DNA of 64,000 nucleotides from Alphaproteobacteria bacterium. Lineage in GTDB: Bacteria > Pseudomonadota > Alphaproteobacteria > JABAAW01. Positions within the stretch are counted from its first letter, which is position 1; every line of letters starts with the position of its first letter. The notes under the pieces are model-generated. The model searched no databases, was not told the origin of the DNA, and worked only from the letters and a program-made list of their open reading frames with translations. The stretch covers positions 911 through 64,910 of the forward strand of contig JABAAW010000001.1 of assembly GCA_014238535.1 (NCBI GenBank), given 5' to 3'. The position numbers and the translations under genes were made by a program. Positions 49,038-59,285 of the stretch are shown in pieces.

Positions 49038-49637
49038 ATGCCGCTTCTCATCGTTGGGCTTGGTAATCCGGGTGCGCGCTATGCGAATACGCGTCATAAT
49101 ATAGGCTTCATGCTAGTGGATCGGCTCGCCAAAGAGCGCGGGCTAGTTTGGCACAATCGGTTAAAAGGCAAGGCTACATACGCCGAAAAGCTGACGCAAG
49201 GGTTAACGCACGATGATAACATTCGTTTGCTGAAGCCTATGTCCTACATGAATTGCTCGGGCGCAGCGTTTGCGTCAAACCTCTTGCGTAATAAGGGCAT
49301 GCAAGAAATTCTAGTAGTCCACGACGACCTAGATTTAGCACTAGGGCGCGTTAAGATGAAGTGTGGCGGTTCGGATGGCGGACACAAAGGGTTGCGTAGC
49401 ATCGATGGCACTATCGGGCGCAACTACTGGCGTATGCGTATCGGTATCGGGCGACCATTAGCTACTACCGCGGTCGAAGATTATGTTTTGGCTCGCTTTA
49501 GCCCTATAGATAGAGACATCATCGATGGAGTTTTAGAGCGCGCTACAAAAAACATAAGCCTATTGTGCAACGACGGCGGTTTGCAACAAGATAGCGTTAC
49601 TAATTTCGTAGACGCTGTCTCCTATACTAATATGTGA
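49038..49637 (+). CDS. pth: Peptidyl-tRNA hydrolase
   Basis: LIVGLGNPGARYANTRHNIGF N-terminus and the catalytic His/Asp pattern (HDDLDL). Confidence 0.9.
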   Translation: MPLLIVGLGNPGARYANTRHNIGFMLVDRLAKERGLVWHNRLKGKATYAEKLTQGLTHDDNIRLLKPMSYMNCSGAAFASNLLRNKGMQEILVVHDDLDLALGRVKMKCGGSDGGHKGLRSIDGTIGRNYWRMRIGIGRPLATTAVEDYVLARFSPIDRDIIDGVLERATKNISLLCNDGGLQQDSVTNFVDAVSYTNM

Positions 49638-49736
49638 TGCTCGCGGATTTACGCTCGACTTTGTAAATAAAGAGGCAGAATACTCAGGTCTAGTGAGGTT
49701 TATTGTATTCACTTGAACTCACTTTTGTTAGTTCCG

Positions 49737-51476
49737 CTAGATAAGGTCGTAGCGATGCGTTTCGCTTTTTGCGCCTGGATGGGTTACAGCGCCCTTTTCG
49801 GCAGGTCCTACCGTTTGCGTGTAGCGCCACAGCGCACCTGACTGGTAGTCGTGCTTTGGAGCGACCCACTTCATCCGCCTGCTTTCGATCTCGGCGTCCG
49901 ACAAGTCGACGGAAATAGTTCCTTTCGCAGCATCCATTTTGATCATGTCGCCGTTTTCGAGCAATGCTATCATGCCACCCGTCGCTGCCTCTGGTCCCAC
50001 ATGCCCTACACAAAATCCGCGTGTTGCGCCCGAAAAGCGTCCGTCTGTAATTAGAGCGACCTTATCGCCTCGATTCTGTCCGTACAGCGCGGCGGTAGTT
50101 GCCAACATCTCTCGCATACCCGGTCCCCCCTTAGGTCCTTCGTAGCGAATAACCAATACCTCACCGTCTTCGAACTGTTGTTTACATACCGCGTCGTAAG
50201 CCTCTTCTTCGCTGTTGAATACTCGCGCTTTACCTGTGAACTGTAAATTATCCATACCTGCGATTTTGACGATCGCCCCCTCGCTCGCCAAATTGCCACG
50301 CAACTCGACTACGCCACCATTTTTTGATATTGGGTTCGCGCAAGGGCGCACGACATCTTGGTCGGTCGGGAATACCACAGATTCGAGATTTTCACCGATC
50401 GTTTTGCCAGTAACGGTCATGCAGTCGGGGTCGAGCAACCCAGCGTCTAGCAATGCTTTCATCAACACTGGCACGCCGCCGACTAAATGTAAATCTAGAG
50501 CAACGTATTTGCCAGATGGTTTCAAGTCGGCGATGTAGGGGGTATCGCGAAAAATACGGCATACCTCGTGTAGGTCGAAATCGATACCGCACTCGTGCGC
50601 TATCGCGGGTAGATGTAGGGCTGCGTTTGTAGAACCGCCGCTAGCAGATACAATTCGAGCAGCGTTTGTAAGCGCGGCGCGTGTTACTATGTCCCTAGGC
50701 TTGATACCTTTCTCGAGCAGCGTCATCACGGATGCGCCAGCGTGTCGCGCGTATGCATCGCGGCTTTCGTATGGTGCGGGAGTGCCCGCCGAGCCCGGTA
50801 GCGCCAAGCCGATCGCTTCAGAAACGCAAGCCATCGTATTGGCTGTAAACTGTCCTCCGCAAGAGCCAGCGGAAGGACAAGCAACGCACTCCAACTCGTG
50901 CAGAGCCTCCTCGTCAATTTTACCACCTGCGAACTCGCCAACGGCTTCGAAGACATCCTGTATTGTGACATCCTTGCCTTTGTGTTTGCCTGGTAGTATT
51001 GAGCCGCCATAGAGAAAAACCGAAGGTACATTCAAGCGCAACATCGCCATCATCATGCCTGGTAAAGATTTATCGCAACCCGCGATACCAACTAACGCAT
51101 CGTAGCAATGCCCGCGCATCGTAAGTTCTACCGAATCGGCTATAAGGTCGCGGCTGACTAAAGAGGACTTCATACCTTGGTGCCCCATCGCGATTCCATC
51201 CGTGACCGTAATGGTCGTAAACTCTCGCGGAGTTCCCATCGCAGACTTAACACCCAACTTCACAGCCGCTGCCTGCCGCCCAAGCGAGATGTTACAAGGT
51301 GCTGCCTCGTTCCAGCAAGTGGCGACACCAACGAATGGCTGCGCTATCTCTTCCTCTGTCATTCCCATAGCGTAGTAGTAAGACCTGTGTGGTGCGCTCG
51401 ATGCACCAACGCTAACATGCCTTGAGGGGAGGCGAGACTTGTCGCGCATAGATACTTCTTCTGCTGATCTAGACAT
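49737..51476 (-). CDS. ilvD: Dihydroxy-acid dehydratase
   Basis: IlvD/EDD family motifs ([22 protein letters not shown]); 579 aa. Confidence 0.95.
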   Translation of the reverse strand: MSRSAEEVSMRDKSRLPSRHVSVGASSAPHRSYYYAMGMTEEEIAQPFVGVATCWNEAAPCNISLGRQAAAVKLGVKSAMGTPREFTTITVTDGIAMGHQGMKSSLVSRDLIADSVELTMRGHCYDALVGIAGCDKSLPGMMMAMLRLNVPSVFLYGGSILPGKHKGKDVTIQDVFEAVGEFAGGKIDEEALHELECVACPSAGSCGGQFTANTMACVSEAIGLALPGSAGTPAPYESRDAYARHAGASVMTLLEKGIKPRDIVTRAALTNAARIVSASGGSTNAALHLPAIAHECGIDFDLHEVCRIFRDTPYIADLKPSGKYVALDLHLVGGVPVLMKALLDAGLLDPDCMTVTGKTIGENLESVVFPTDQDVVRPCANPISKNGGVVELRGNLASEGAIVKIAGMDNLQFTGKARVFNSEEEAYDAVCKQQFEDGEVLVIRYEGPKGGPGMREMLATTAALYGQNRGDKVALITDGRFSGATRGFCVGHVGPEAATGGMIALLENGDMIKMDAAKGTISVDLSDAEIESRRMKWVAPKHDYQSGALWRYTQTVGPAEKGAVTHPGAKSETHRYDLI

Positions 51477-51533
51477 AGATTTTCCTTATACGATGGGGTT
51501 GACGGTTATAGGGTTGATTATAGGTTACTCGCT

Positions 51534-52928
51534 TTATTTCTTCCATGCTGTAACGCTACACGCGCTGAGGCGATATTTCTTCCGCACTGCTAGACAAGCA
51601 TCTTCTGCAGCCTCGCTGTTGACATAAGGGTATACATACACTGCATAGAGAATACCTTTTGCTCCGTCATTACTGCGGGTTATATCGTATCTTCTGCCAG
51701 AAAATACCGATTTAAACTCGCCACTTAGTTTCTGCCACGCTTGTCTTGCTTGCGATAGCGAGGCGTACTCGCCTAGCCGCACCGCGCTAGTGGTATTTTG
51801 TTTTTCTGTTGAGGTATCCGCCTGTGCGTTCGCATCTTGCTGTGGCTGGGTGTCTAGTTTACTTGTGTTTTGTTGCGCTGGCTTTGCGTTAGATTCTTTC
51901 TCTTTTTCTGACTTATCTTCATTTTCTTGTTTCTGCTTTTCTTCCTGCTTTTCTTCCTGCTTTTCTTTATCCTCTTCCTCTTGTATTTTTTTCTCCTGCA
52001 CTTCTTTTTGTGGCGTAAACTGCGGTAGTAGCGGCGTTTTCTGCTGTTGGCGTAGTTTCAGCCTTTCCTCGAGGATGCGTTTTAGCGGATCGGCGATGGG
52101 TTTTTCTACGGGACCTTTCTCTGGTAGCGAATCGAGCTGCGGAGCGAAGAAGTCTGTTGGCGGTTGAGCGAATGGTAGAGGAGCTATTGGCGTTAGGTTT
52201 GGGCGAAATGGGGGTGCTACCTGCTCGTCTTCGCTCAGTGGTATGGGCGGTAGCCTATCTACTGGTTGCGAGCCACTGCTATGGACGATGCCGGCTATCG
52301 AATCGTATGAGATAAGCTGCCTTTGTATTACTGGCGCAAGCCCCAAGCCTGGCGTGCGAAACTCGACTATGCGTGCCAATGCTGGCGAGTATTTGTAGAT
52401 TAATGCATCTGCGTTTTTTCTTTGGCATAGGACATCGAATGTATCGAAGATTCCTGCAGGTGTTGGCGTCTGTTGTTTTTCACCCACTATGCAGTTCCAT
52501 GTAAGGCTACGCTTCTTACCACTAAAGGATGTATTGGCGACGAAACGCAAGCTATTGCCTTTCTTAATGGGGAACAGGCTGCCACTAATTTGCGTGATGC
52601 TACGTCTGCCGTTACCGTAGCGCAGGCTCTGCCAAGCGAATGCTGGCAGGAATGGGTCGGTGCTGGTTTCCATGCGTTCGCCACTGTCGCTCTCCCACAG
52701 TAGTCTGTTGCTGGTGATGCCGTTTATGCGCCAGGTTGTTTGCGGATTATCGTATGTGAAGGTGTCGCCGATGGCGAAGTTCTTCTCACTGGGCTGCTTT
52801 AGCAGTGCTTTTTTGAAACCATCGCCTTTTTTGTATTGCTGTATGCTGGCATCCCTCCCGTCACTAGTGCATGCGATGGTTAGAAGGCAGTAGGTTACTG
52901 CTATAACTAGTGCGCGTGGAAAGGTCAT
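51534..52928 (-). CDS. SPOR-domain periplasmic protein with signal peptide and E/K/Q-rich repetitive linker
   Basis: Signal peptide with a lipobox-like LTIACTS. The C-terminal ~80 aa follow the SPOR pattern (VRLGEYASLSQARQAWQKL ... ILYAVYVYPY). The central region is QEEEDKEKQEEKQEEKQKQENEDKSEKEKE. Confidence 0.55.
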   Translation of the reverse strand: MTFPRALVIAVTYCLLTIACTSDGRDASIQQYKKGDGFKKALLKQPSEKNFAIGDTFTYDNPQTTWRINGITSNRLLWESDSGERMETSTDPFLPAFAWQSLRYGNGRRSITQISGSLFPIKKGNSLRFVANTSFSGKKRSLTWNCIVGEKQQTPTPAGIFDTFDVLCQRKNADALIYKYSPALARIVEFRTPGLGLAPVIQRQLISYDSIAGIVHSSGSQPVDRLPPIPLSEDEQVAPPFRPNLTPIAPLPFAQPPTDFFAPQLDSLPEKGPVEKPIADPLKRILEERLKLRQQQKTPLLPQFTPQKEVQEKKIQEEEDKEKQEEKQEEKQKQENEDKSEKEKESNAKPAQQNTSKLDTQPQQDANAQADTSTEKQNTTSAVRLGEYASLSQARQAWQKLSGEFKSVFSGRRYDITRSNDGAKGILYAVYVYPYVNSEAAEDACLAVRKKYRLSACSVTAWKK

Positions 52929-53009
52929 ATTGTAGTTAGGTGCGATCAGCTTATGATTAGGACAATGCGATAATAGTTTATATTAGTATTATTCAGGTCA
53001 AGTATTAGT

Positions 53010-53666
53010 TTAGCATAAGTAGTTGCGTTTGCGCCGTAACAAGACATAACGAGCCCCCGAGCCTCCATCGCGAGCTTGTGCCAAGCAATGTCCTAGTACT
53101 ATATGCTTTAAAGTTTGCTCGCCCAACAGCATTGGCAGGTCGTTGCGTAACAGCCCCTTACCCTTACCTGTGATGATTAGCAAACAGCGCTTTCCTTGAG
53201 CGTGGTAGTTGGGAATCTGCGTACGCAACGCTGCTGCTGCTGCTGCGCGTGTCATGCCGTGCAGGTCCAGAGTAATCTCGATGGGAACGTTACCTCGCCG
53301 TAACTTTTGCGCTAATCGACGATCTAACCCGCTAGCCTTGCTTTGCTCTAAGTCACTCACGCTCGCTGCTGTAGTTACTTTTGTTGTATTTTTTTTCGCG
53401 AGGTTAGCAGCAGAACTACTAGCGATATTAGAAAGAGGGTTTTTCTTTTCGTTGGCGATGTTGTCGTCTTTACGGAATTCTCGATAGCTCTGCCCATGGT
53501 TTTTCCCATAGTTTTTACTATGGCTTTTCCTATGATTTGTTATAGGTTTGTTTATGATCTTGCGCGTGCTACGCATAATCGCACGCCACAAGTCGCTACC
53601 CTCCTCGCTTCCTTCTGCGCTGTGTTTTTGTTCGTCTATTTTTCTCCCCATTTTCACCGCCAGCAA
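53010..53666 (-). CDS. Smr-domain protein (MutS2-like small endonuclease domain)
   Basis: IEITLDLHGMTRAAAAAAL ... LLIITGKGKG, the Smr core with its LDLHG motif; 218 aa. Confidence 0.7.
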   Translation of the reverse strand: MLAVKMGRKIDEQKHSAEGSEEGSDLWRAIMRSTRKIINKPITNHRKSHSKNYGKNHGQSYREFRKDDNIANEKKNPLSNIASSSAANLAKKNTTKVTTAASVSDLEQSKASGLDRRLAQKLRRGNVPIEITLDLHGMTRAAAAAALRTQIPNYHAQGKRCLLIITGKGKGLLRNDLPMLLGEQTLKHIVLGHCLAQARDGGSGARYVLLRRKRNYLC

Positions 53667-53672
53667 GGGTTT

Positions 53673-54593
53673 TTACCCGCTCGATAATGGTAGTATGAAC
53701 TCGGCGCATACGGGCACATGGTCGGATGGTCGTTCCCACTGCCTAGTTTCTTTTAGAACCTCGACAGATTTGAGTAACGGAGCGAGCGTCGCATCCGCCC
53801 AGATATGGTCTAGCCTACGCCCATAGCCTTTAGCGTATGGCTGGCGATAGCTCCACCAACTGTAGAGTTTATCAGACGGTGGGTAGATAACGCGCATCAC
53901 ATCGCACCAACCGCCGCTTTCTTGCGCGTGGTTGAAGCGAGAAACCTCTTCTTCTGTATGCGAGACTACTCGTAGCATTTTTTCGTGTGCCCATACATCG
54001 TTTGGTAGCGGAGCGATGTTCAAGTCTCCCAATAGCAGGCAAGGATTATTAGCGGCATTTTTCTGTTGTGCGTTCGTGTTTGCAAAATGGTTTGCTATCT
54101 CCTCGACGAAGTTTAGTTTATGCTGAAACTTTTCATTTAGTATAGGGTCGGCGACATACCCACCCGCTGGCACATAAAGGTTATGCACGGTTAGGATTTT
54201 ACCATCCGAATGATTTTTACTAGTAGAGTTTTTGCTGTGTATATCGATGTTTACGGCTAAATGCCGACAATCTTTTTTTCCGCAAAAGTTTATATGCGAA
54301 GATTCGATGATCGGTAGGCGCGATAGAGTCGCGACTCCATTATAGGATTTTTCGCCACGCACGGCGATATGGTCAAAGCCCCACGCATTGAATTCTTTAT
54401 AGGGAAATAGTTTGTCTTCTACTTTTGTTTCCTGCAGGCATAGTATGTCTGGTTTTAGTAGTTCGACTATGCGAGCGAGTGCGTTGATGCGCAAGCGAAC
54501 GGAGTTCACATTCCATGTGACGACACGAATATATTTAGTCGCGTTAGGCATAAGCCCAGCATCATAGCATGCGTTTTTATACATTATTGGCAT
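53673..54593 (-). CDS. xthA: Exodeoxyribonuclease III (AP endonuclease)
   Basis: EEP-family motifs (WNVNSVR, LCLQETK, GDLNIAP, SDHVPV). Confidence 0.9.
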   Translation of the reverse strand: MPIMYKNACYDAGLMPNATKYIRVVTWNVNSVRLRINALARIVELLKPDILCLQETKVEDKLFPYKEFNAWGFDHIAVRGEKSYNGVATLSRLPIIESSHINFCGKKDCRHLAVNIDIHSKNSTSKNHSDGKILTVHNLYVPAGGYVADPILNEKFQHKLNFVEEIANHFANTNAQQKNAANNPCLLLGDLNIAPLPNDVWAHEKMLRVVSHTEEEVSRFNHAQESGGWCDVMRVIYPPSDKLYSWWSYRQPYAKGYGRRLDHIWADATLAPLLKSVEVLKETRQWERPSDHVPVCAEFILPLSSG

Positions 54594-54707
54594 GCTTTTT
54601 GCTGTTTGCTTACTAGAATTTGTTTTTCGAAAAGGTAAGCAATCGTTAGCCAGCTGCTGTTGCGTCCTTTGCTCGTTATTTACAACTATTTACGGATGGA
54701 TTGCACC

Positions 54708-55439
54708 ATGCCTTTAACGAAGCCCATAATGGCGCCTCTAACAAAGATTTTGACAAAAAAGTTAACGAAACCATTTCGTATAGCGATATTCGCTGTTTTC
54801 AGCTTGCTTCTTGTGCTTGCGCCTATACGTACTGCGCGCGCTTGGTATGTGGGTTTCGATGGTTACTACGGAGTAGTCGGTATCGATAGCGTGATCGACG
54901 AACTAGTGATAGTCGTTGATTCTGGTGATAGGCTACAACACGGAGGCGGTGCTAAGTTCAATTTTGGACTAGGTCGTAAATGGGTCACCGAATTTTCGGT
55001 TGGTATTTTTCAAGGGTATCGCTATTCGATCGATCTCCGAGCTGGCACCCAAGCGATATTACAAGAGCTTGTAAATGATGCTGTCCACAATAGGGCATTC
55101 GATGTTCCTATCTCGACGTTAGTAGGGTCTCGCTACCAGACGCCGCAACTCTATGCGACGATTGGACTAGAGGGGCGTTATTATATTTTGGGTGATTTTG
55201 CCTATGACCCCGATGTTCCTAACGATATTTTCTTTGGGTTTGGTGGCGATTGGTCTGTACCTAGTTTTTGGCAGGGCTCTGATTTTCTATCGATAATGCC
55301 ATCGATGAAGTTAGTTGGCGGCTATACGCGACGGTTGACGCGTTCGTTGTTTATGGAAATTGGAACGGAAGTCAATATCGTGCCGACTCCACCTGCAAAC
55401 ATCTTTAACCTGCGATTAGGCTTGAAGTACGCCTTCTAG
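54708..55439 (+). CDS. Outer-membrane beta-barrel protein (Omp25/Omp31-like, PF13505-type), paralog 1 of 3
   Basis: Signal peptide ending ...RTARAW; alternating amphipathic beta strands; C-terminal ...LGLKYAF with terminal Phe. Confidence 0.6.
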   Translation: MPLTKPIMAPLTKILTKKLTKPFRIAIFAVFSLLLVLAPIRTARAWYVGFDGYYGVVGIDSVIDELVIVVDSGDRLQHGGGAKFNFGLGRKWVTEFSVGIFQGYRYSIDLRAGTQAILQELVNDAVHNRAFDVPISTLVGSRYQTPQLYATIGLEGRYYILGDFAYDPDVPNDIFFGFGGDWSVPSFWQGSDFLSIMPSMKLVGGYTRRLTRSLFMEIGTEVNIVPTPPANIFNLRLGLKYAF

Positions 55440-55528
55440 GTGTTTGCTAGGGTTGTTACTCTTTGCGTGCTTTCTATGTTACTATTGCGCCTAGTGCGGG
55501 TCGATATTGCTTTCTTTGTGGGTATGAA

Positions 55529-56107
55529 ATGATTACAAAATTTTTATCGAGAAACGGCTACTTGGGGCGTTTTGTAGCCCTCGCGTTGCTTTTAGTCTGC
55601 GGAATGACTACATCGATACCCTCTGCAGGCGGGGTAGAGTTATCGGCTGCATTCGGCTATGGCTTGCAAGGTGCTACGGGTGGCGGAGCCCCGTACCTCA
55701 AGGGCTCGGTGTCTTTCGGTAGAAGATTTGTCGTAGACTTTAATGGCGGTGTGATCTTCGCTGCCCCTGAACTACGTTTTTCCAACTTCAACAACACTGT
55801 CCCGATTAAAGAAAAGATTAGCGATGCTAAATCACTAGGAGGTAGCGAGCTGTATCTAGTTGGTATGGACGTTCGTGTCATGATGCGCAAAGGCTCTAAA
55901 AGGCATAATGTCTATATCGGAGGAGGTGTCGATTGGCTACCGCAACTTGCGACCTACTACCCTGGTGTAAAGTTGTCGGCTGGCTACCAGCTATCTTTGC
56001 TAAAAAAGCGCAGCCTAGTCTTGCGTTTTGGTTCGGAGTATTACCTATACGGAGTAATTCCAGTAAACACATTCTCACTTAACTCGGCGATTGGCTATCG
56101 CTTCTAA
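55529..56107 (+). CDS. Outer-membrane beta-barrel protein (Omp25/Omp31-like), paralog 2 of 3
   Basis: Signal peptide; C-terminal ...SAIGYRF. Shares the GGY...R...L.E.G.EYY..G pattern with its neighbours. Confidence 0.6.
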   Translation: MITKFLSRNGYLGRFVALALLLVCGMTTSIPSAGGVELSAAFGYGLQGATGGGAPYLKGSVSFGRRFVVDFNGGVIFAAPELRFSNFNNTVPIKEKISDAKSLGGSELYLVGMDVRVMMRKGSKRHNVYIGGGVDWLPQLATYYPGVKLSAGYQLSLLKKRSLVLRFGSEYYLYGVIPVNTFSLNSAIGYRF

Positions 56108-56132
56108 CTTCGATTCGGATGGATTTTTTGTA

Positions 56133-56660
56133 ATGCGCCTTACTTCTTCTTTTTTCTCCTACATGGTCAGATTACTGTCGCTATTGTTTGTCTTTTCGCT
56201 TTTTTCTTCACCTGCACAAGCGGGCTTTATTTCGATCGATGGGCAGGTTGCGCCGCTCATGAATCCGCTCAGCGGAAGGTTCAAGGTAGGCGGAGGAGAT
56301 GCGCTACGGCATTTTTTATTTGAGGCAAATATATCGAACATACCAGTGGAGAATGTTGTTATCTATAAAGGTCTTTCTCGTGAAACTAGGGTAGACTATC
56401 CGGTATTTATAGGTTTTGATTCGCGTTACTATTTTTTATCGCCGCTTGCCCTAACAGCCAAGCGCAACGACATATACCTTTCTTTAGGCTTGGAGTTCCC
56501 TGTCTCGGCGCAGAATTTTTTACCTGGTTTTAAGATAGGTGGTGGTTATTCCTTGCGCCTGCACCGCCGTATTTTTCTAGAGTTGGGGCTCGATTATTAC
56601 TTCTACGGCACATTTAACAACGAGTTGTTTGTAGGTCCTGGTTTGAAGGTTGTCTTCTAG
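56133..56660 (+). CDS. Outer-membrane beta-barrel protein (Omp25/Omp31-like), paralog 3 of 3
   Basis: Signal peptide ...SSPAQAGF; C-terminal ...GPGLKVVF. Confidence 0.6.
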   Translation: MRLTSSFFSYMVRLLSLLFVFSLFSSPAQAGFISIDGQVAPLMNPLSGRFKVGGGDALRHFLFEANISNIPVENVVIYKGLSRETRVDYPVFIGFDSRYYFLSPLALTAKRNDIYLSLGLEFPVSAQNFLPGFKIGGGYSLRLHRRIFLELGLDYYFYGTFNNELFVGPGLKVVF

Positions 56661-56731
56661 GCACTGTATTTTTATCCGAGTTCTACTAAAAAGCGAATAA
56701 CTGTCACTAGCTCTCGTGCTATAAGAGGTGT

Positions 56732-58291
56732 ATGGTATCCTATGTCCATACGCTGATGTTTCAGGGTGTTGATGCGCGGCGAGTTGAGGTTCAAGTGGGG
56801 CTTAGCGGTGGGTTGCCTAGCTTTAACATAGTTGGTCTAGCGGATAAGACGGTCGGTGAATCGCGCGAGCGCATTCGCTCGGCGCTTGCACATTCGGGAT
56901 TGGCTTTACCGCCGAAACGCATCACGGTTAACCTTTCGCCTGCAGATTTGAGCAAGGAAGGAAGCCATTTCGACCTACCGATTGCGCTTGCGCTACTAGT
57001 TGCCTTGGGGGTACTAGAGCAGGAGAGCATAGAGCCATACATCGCGCTAGGCGAGTTAGGCTTGGATGGTCGTCTGCTCCCCGTTGCTGGTATCTTGTCT
57101 GGCGCGATAGCAGCGCATAGTTATGAGAAAGCCCTTCTATGCCCGACGCCGAACGGTAGCGAGGCTGCGTGGGTCGGTGGCTTATCTATCCTCTGTGTAG
57201 ATTCTTTAGCGCAGGCGTTGCAACAACTACAAGAGCCGCTACCGCCCTCGCGCCCTTGCCGTAGTCAAGGCTATGTGGCGCCCTCTCCTTACGATTTCTC
57301 TGACTTAAAGGGGCAAGAGAGCGCGCGTCGAGGTATCGAGATAGCGGCGGCGGGTGGGCATAATTTGCTGATGACTGGCACGCCTGGTGCGGGCAAGTCC
57401 ATGCTTGCCGAACGCCTTCCGACGATTCTACCGCCGATGACTGCGATGGAAATTCTAGAAACGGCTCGTATCCAATCGATTGCTGGTGATTTCCTTAACG
57501 ATACGGAATCTGGAGGTAAGGGACCTAGCGCCCAGCGTCCATTTCGTTCGCCGCATCACTCGGCATCACTACCAGCGTTAGTGGGAGGTGGACGCAATGC
57601 TCTACCGGGCGAAATTTCTCTTGCCCACAACGGCGTTTTATTCCTCGATGAGCTTCCAGAGTTTTCGCGCCAAGCACTCGAAGCATTGCGCCAACCGTTA
57701 GAAAGTGGAAGCATATCGGTTGCGCGTGCGCACGCGCATGTGACCTACCCTGCGCGTTTTCAACTTATAGCCGCTATGAATCCGTGTCGATGCGGCTATT
57801 TGGACGATCCTAAACGCAGCTGTCGCAGGGCACCGCTTTGTGCCGAAGATTACCAGAAAAAGCTATCGGGACCGCTGCTTGATCGTATCGATATATTCCT
57901 AGCGGTAGAGCCTGTCGAGCCCTATCAGTTATCGCCTGGCGAGTGTGGGGAAAGTTCGGCGGACATCGCTGAAAGGGTTCTACGCGCGCGTCAAGTGCAA
58001 ATAACTCGCTACACTTCCTGTGCGAACGCTAATGCAAGGGCTATGGTATTGTGCAACGCACACCTACCAGCGGGTGATATCGAGAGGCTAATCGACGTCG
58101 AGGAGGACGGTTTGGCGATACTGCGTAATGCTACCGAGAAATTTTCACTTTCTGCTCGTGCTTACTATAAAACTCTGAGGGTTGCTCGCACGATTGCAGA
58201 TTTGGCAGGACACGAAAAGGTCGCCCGTTCTGCCGTGTCGGAAGCCTTGTCGTTTCGTAGGCTATCGCTTAAAGACATCCACCACACTTGA
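56732..58291 (+). CDS. YifB/ComM-family Mg-chelatase-like AAA+ ATPase
   Basis: Lon-like N-terminal domain, Walker A GTPGAGKS, a ChlI-like domain and a C-terminal Mg_chelatase_C domain; 519 aa. Confidence 0.85.
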   Translation: MVSYVHTLMFQGVDARRVEVQVGLSGGLPSFNIVGLADKTVGESRERIRSALAHSGLALPPKRITVNLSPADLSKEGSHFDLPIALALLVALGVLEQESIEPYIALGELGLDGRLLPVAGILSGAIAAHSYEKALLCPTPNGSEAAWVGGLSILCVDSLAQALQQLQEPLPPSRPCRSQGYVAPSPYDFSDLKGQESARRGIEIAAAGGHNLLMTGTPGAGKSMLAERLPTILPPMTAMEILETARIQSIAGDFLNDTESGGKGPSAQRPFRSPHHSASLPALVGGGRNALPGEISLAHNGVLFLDELPEFSRQALEALRQPLESGSISVARAHAHVTYPARFQLIAAMNPCRCGYLDDPKRSCRRAPLCAEDYQKKLSGPLLDRIDIFLAVEPVEPYQLSPGECGESSADIAERVLRARQVQITRYTSCANANARAMVLCNAHLPAGDIERLIDVEEDGLAILRNATEKFSLSARAYYKTLRVARTIADLAGHEKVARSAVSEALSFRRLSLKDIHHT

Positions 58292-58460
58292 CTAAGTTAT
58301 TTCCAAGATAATTATTAAGGGATTTACTACCGATTTTCATCCGATAATAAAGCCTTGCTTGAGATAACAAAAGTGTCTACCTATTAGCATGCGTTGATTA
58401 GTAAGCGCGTTTTGTTGGCTAGGTGTTAGACCAAGGGTAGGTTTAGTCGGAGGCACATAA

Positions 58461-58856
58461 ATGATAGCAAATAACGATACTACGAACGAAGCGCAAGCTC
58501 GCCCCATGTCGCCCCACTTGCAGATCTATCGTTGGCAATGGACGATGGTTTTCTCGATCGCCCATCGTCTTACGGGCTTGTATATTTCTGCTGGTATAGT
58601 TTTCTTGAGTGCCAAGTTAATCGCCCTTGCTTTCGCTGGTGCGGACAACTTCGCAAGGTTCACCATGGTTGCGCAGCACCCGTTCTTTCTTGTGCTGAAG
58701 ATTATTTTCACCTGGTGCTTACTCTATCACATGCTGAACGGCGTGCGTCATTTGCTATGGGATACGGGGGTGCTGCTAGGGCTTGGAGGCGCGCGCGCTT
58801 CTGGCTATCTAGTGTTCCTATTGTCGCTCATTTTTAACACACTCTACTGGATTTAG
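58461..58856 (+). CDS. sdhC: Succinate dehydrogenase cytochrome b556 subunit
   Basis: SPHLQIYRWQWTMVFSIAHRLTG with the heme-ligand His; three transmembrane segments. Confidence 0.85.
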   Translation: MIANNDTTNEAQARPMSPHLQIYRWQWTMVFSIAHRLTGLYISAGIVFLSAKLIALAFAGADNFARFTMVAQHPFFLVLKIIFTWCLLYHMLNGVRHLLWDTGVLLGLGGARASGYLVFLLSLIFNTLYWI

Positions 58857-58876
58857 AGCGGTCTTGGGATACAGGA

Positions 58877-59266
58877 ATGCTGCGTTTTTTGTTTCATGTG
58901 TTTTTCCCCCGTAACGACAAGAGCGGGCGTGCGCATTGGGTTGCACAGCGTGTGAGCGCGTGTGCGTTATTGCCTCTATACGGATGGTTGCTCTTGTCAG
59001 CGCTGCCAATGGCTGGAAAGCTGCACTACAACGAGCTTTTAGCGTGGATGGGCGAGCCATTTAATGCAGTCATGATTGTATTGCTGATATACTTCTCGAT
59101 GCGCCATATGGCATTAGGTATGGAGGTTATCATCGATGACTACATTGCGCATCCAACTTTAAATCGTATCGCGTTGCTAGTAATGCGCTGGAGTACCTTG
59201 CTATTGGCACTCTCGGTTCTTACGGCGAGCGCGAAAATTATCTTTTTCCCTTCGTTTTCCCTGTGA
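58877..59266 (+). CDS. sdhD: Succinate dehydrogenase hydrophobic membrane anchor subunit
   Basis: 129-aa transmembrane protein between sdhC and sdhA. Confidence 0.8.
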   Translation: MLRFLFHVFFPRNDKSGRAHWVAQRVSACALLPLYGWLLLSALPMAGKLHYNELLAWMGEPFNAVMIVLLIYFSMRHMALGMEVIIDDYIAHPTLNRIALLVMRWSTLLLALSVLTASAKIIFFPSFSL

Positions 59267-59285
59267 GTGCGCTATCGCGTAAGCC

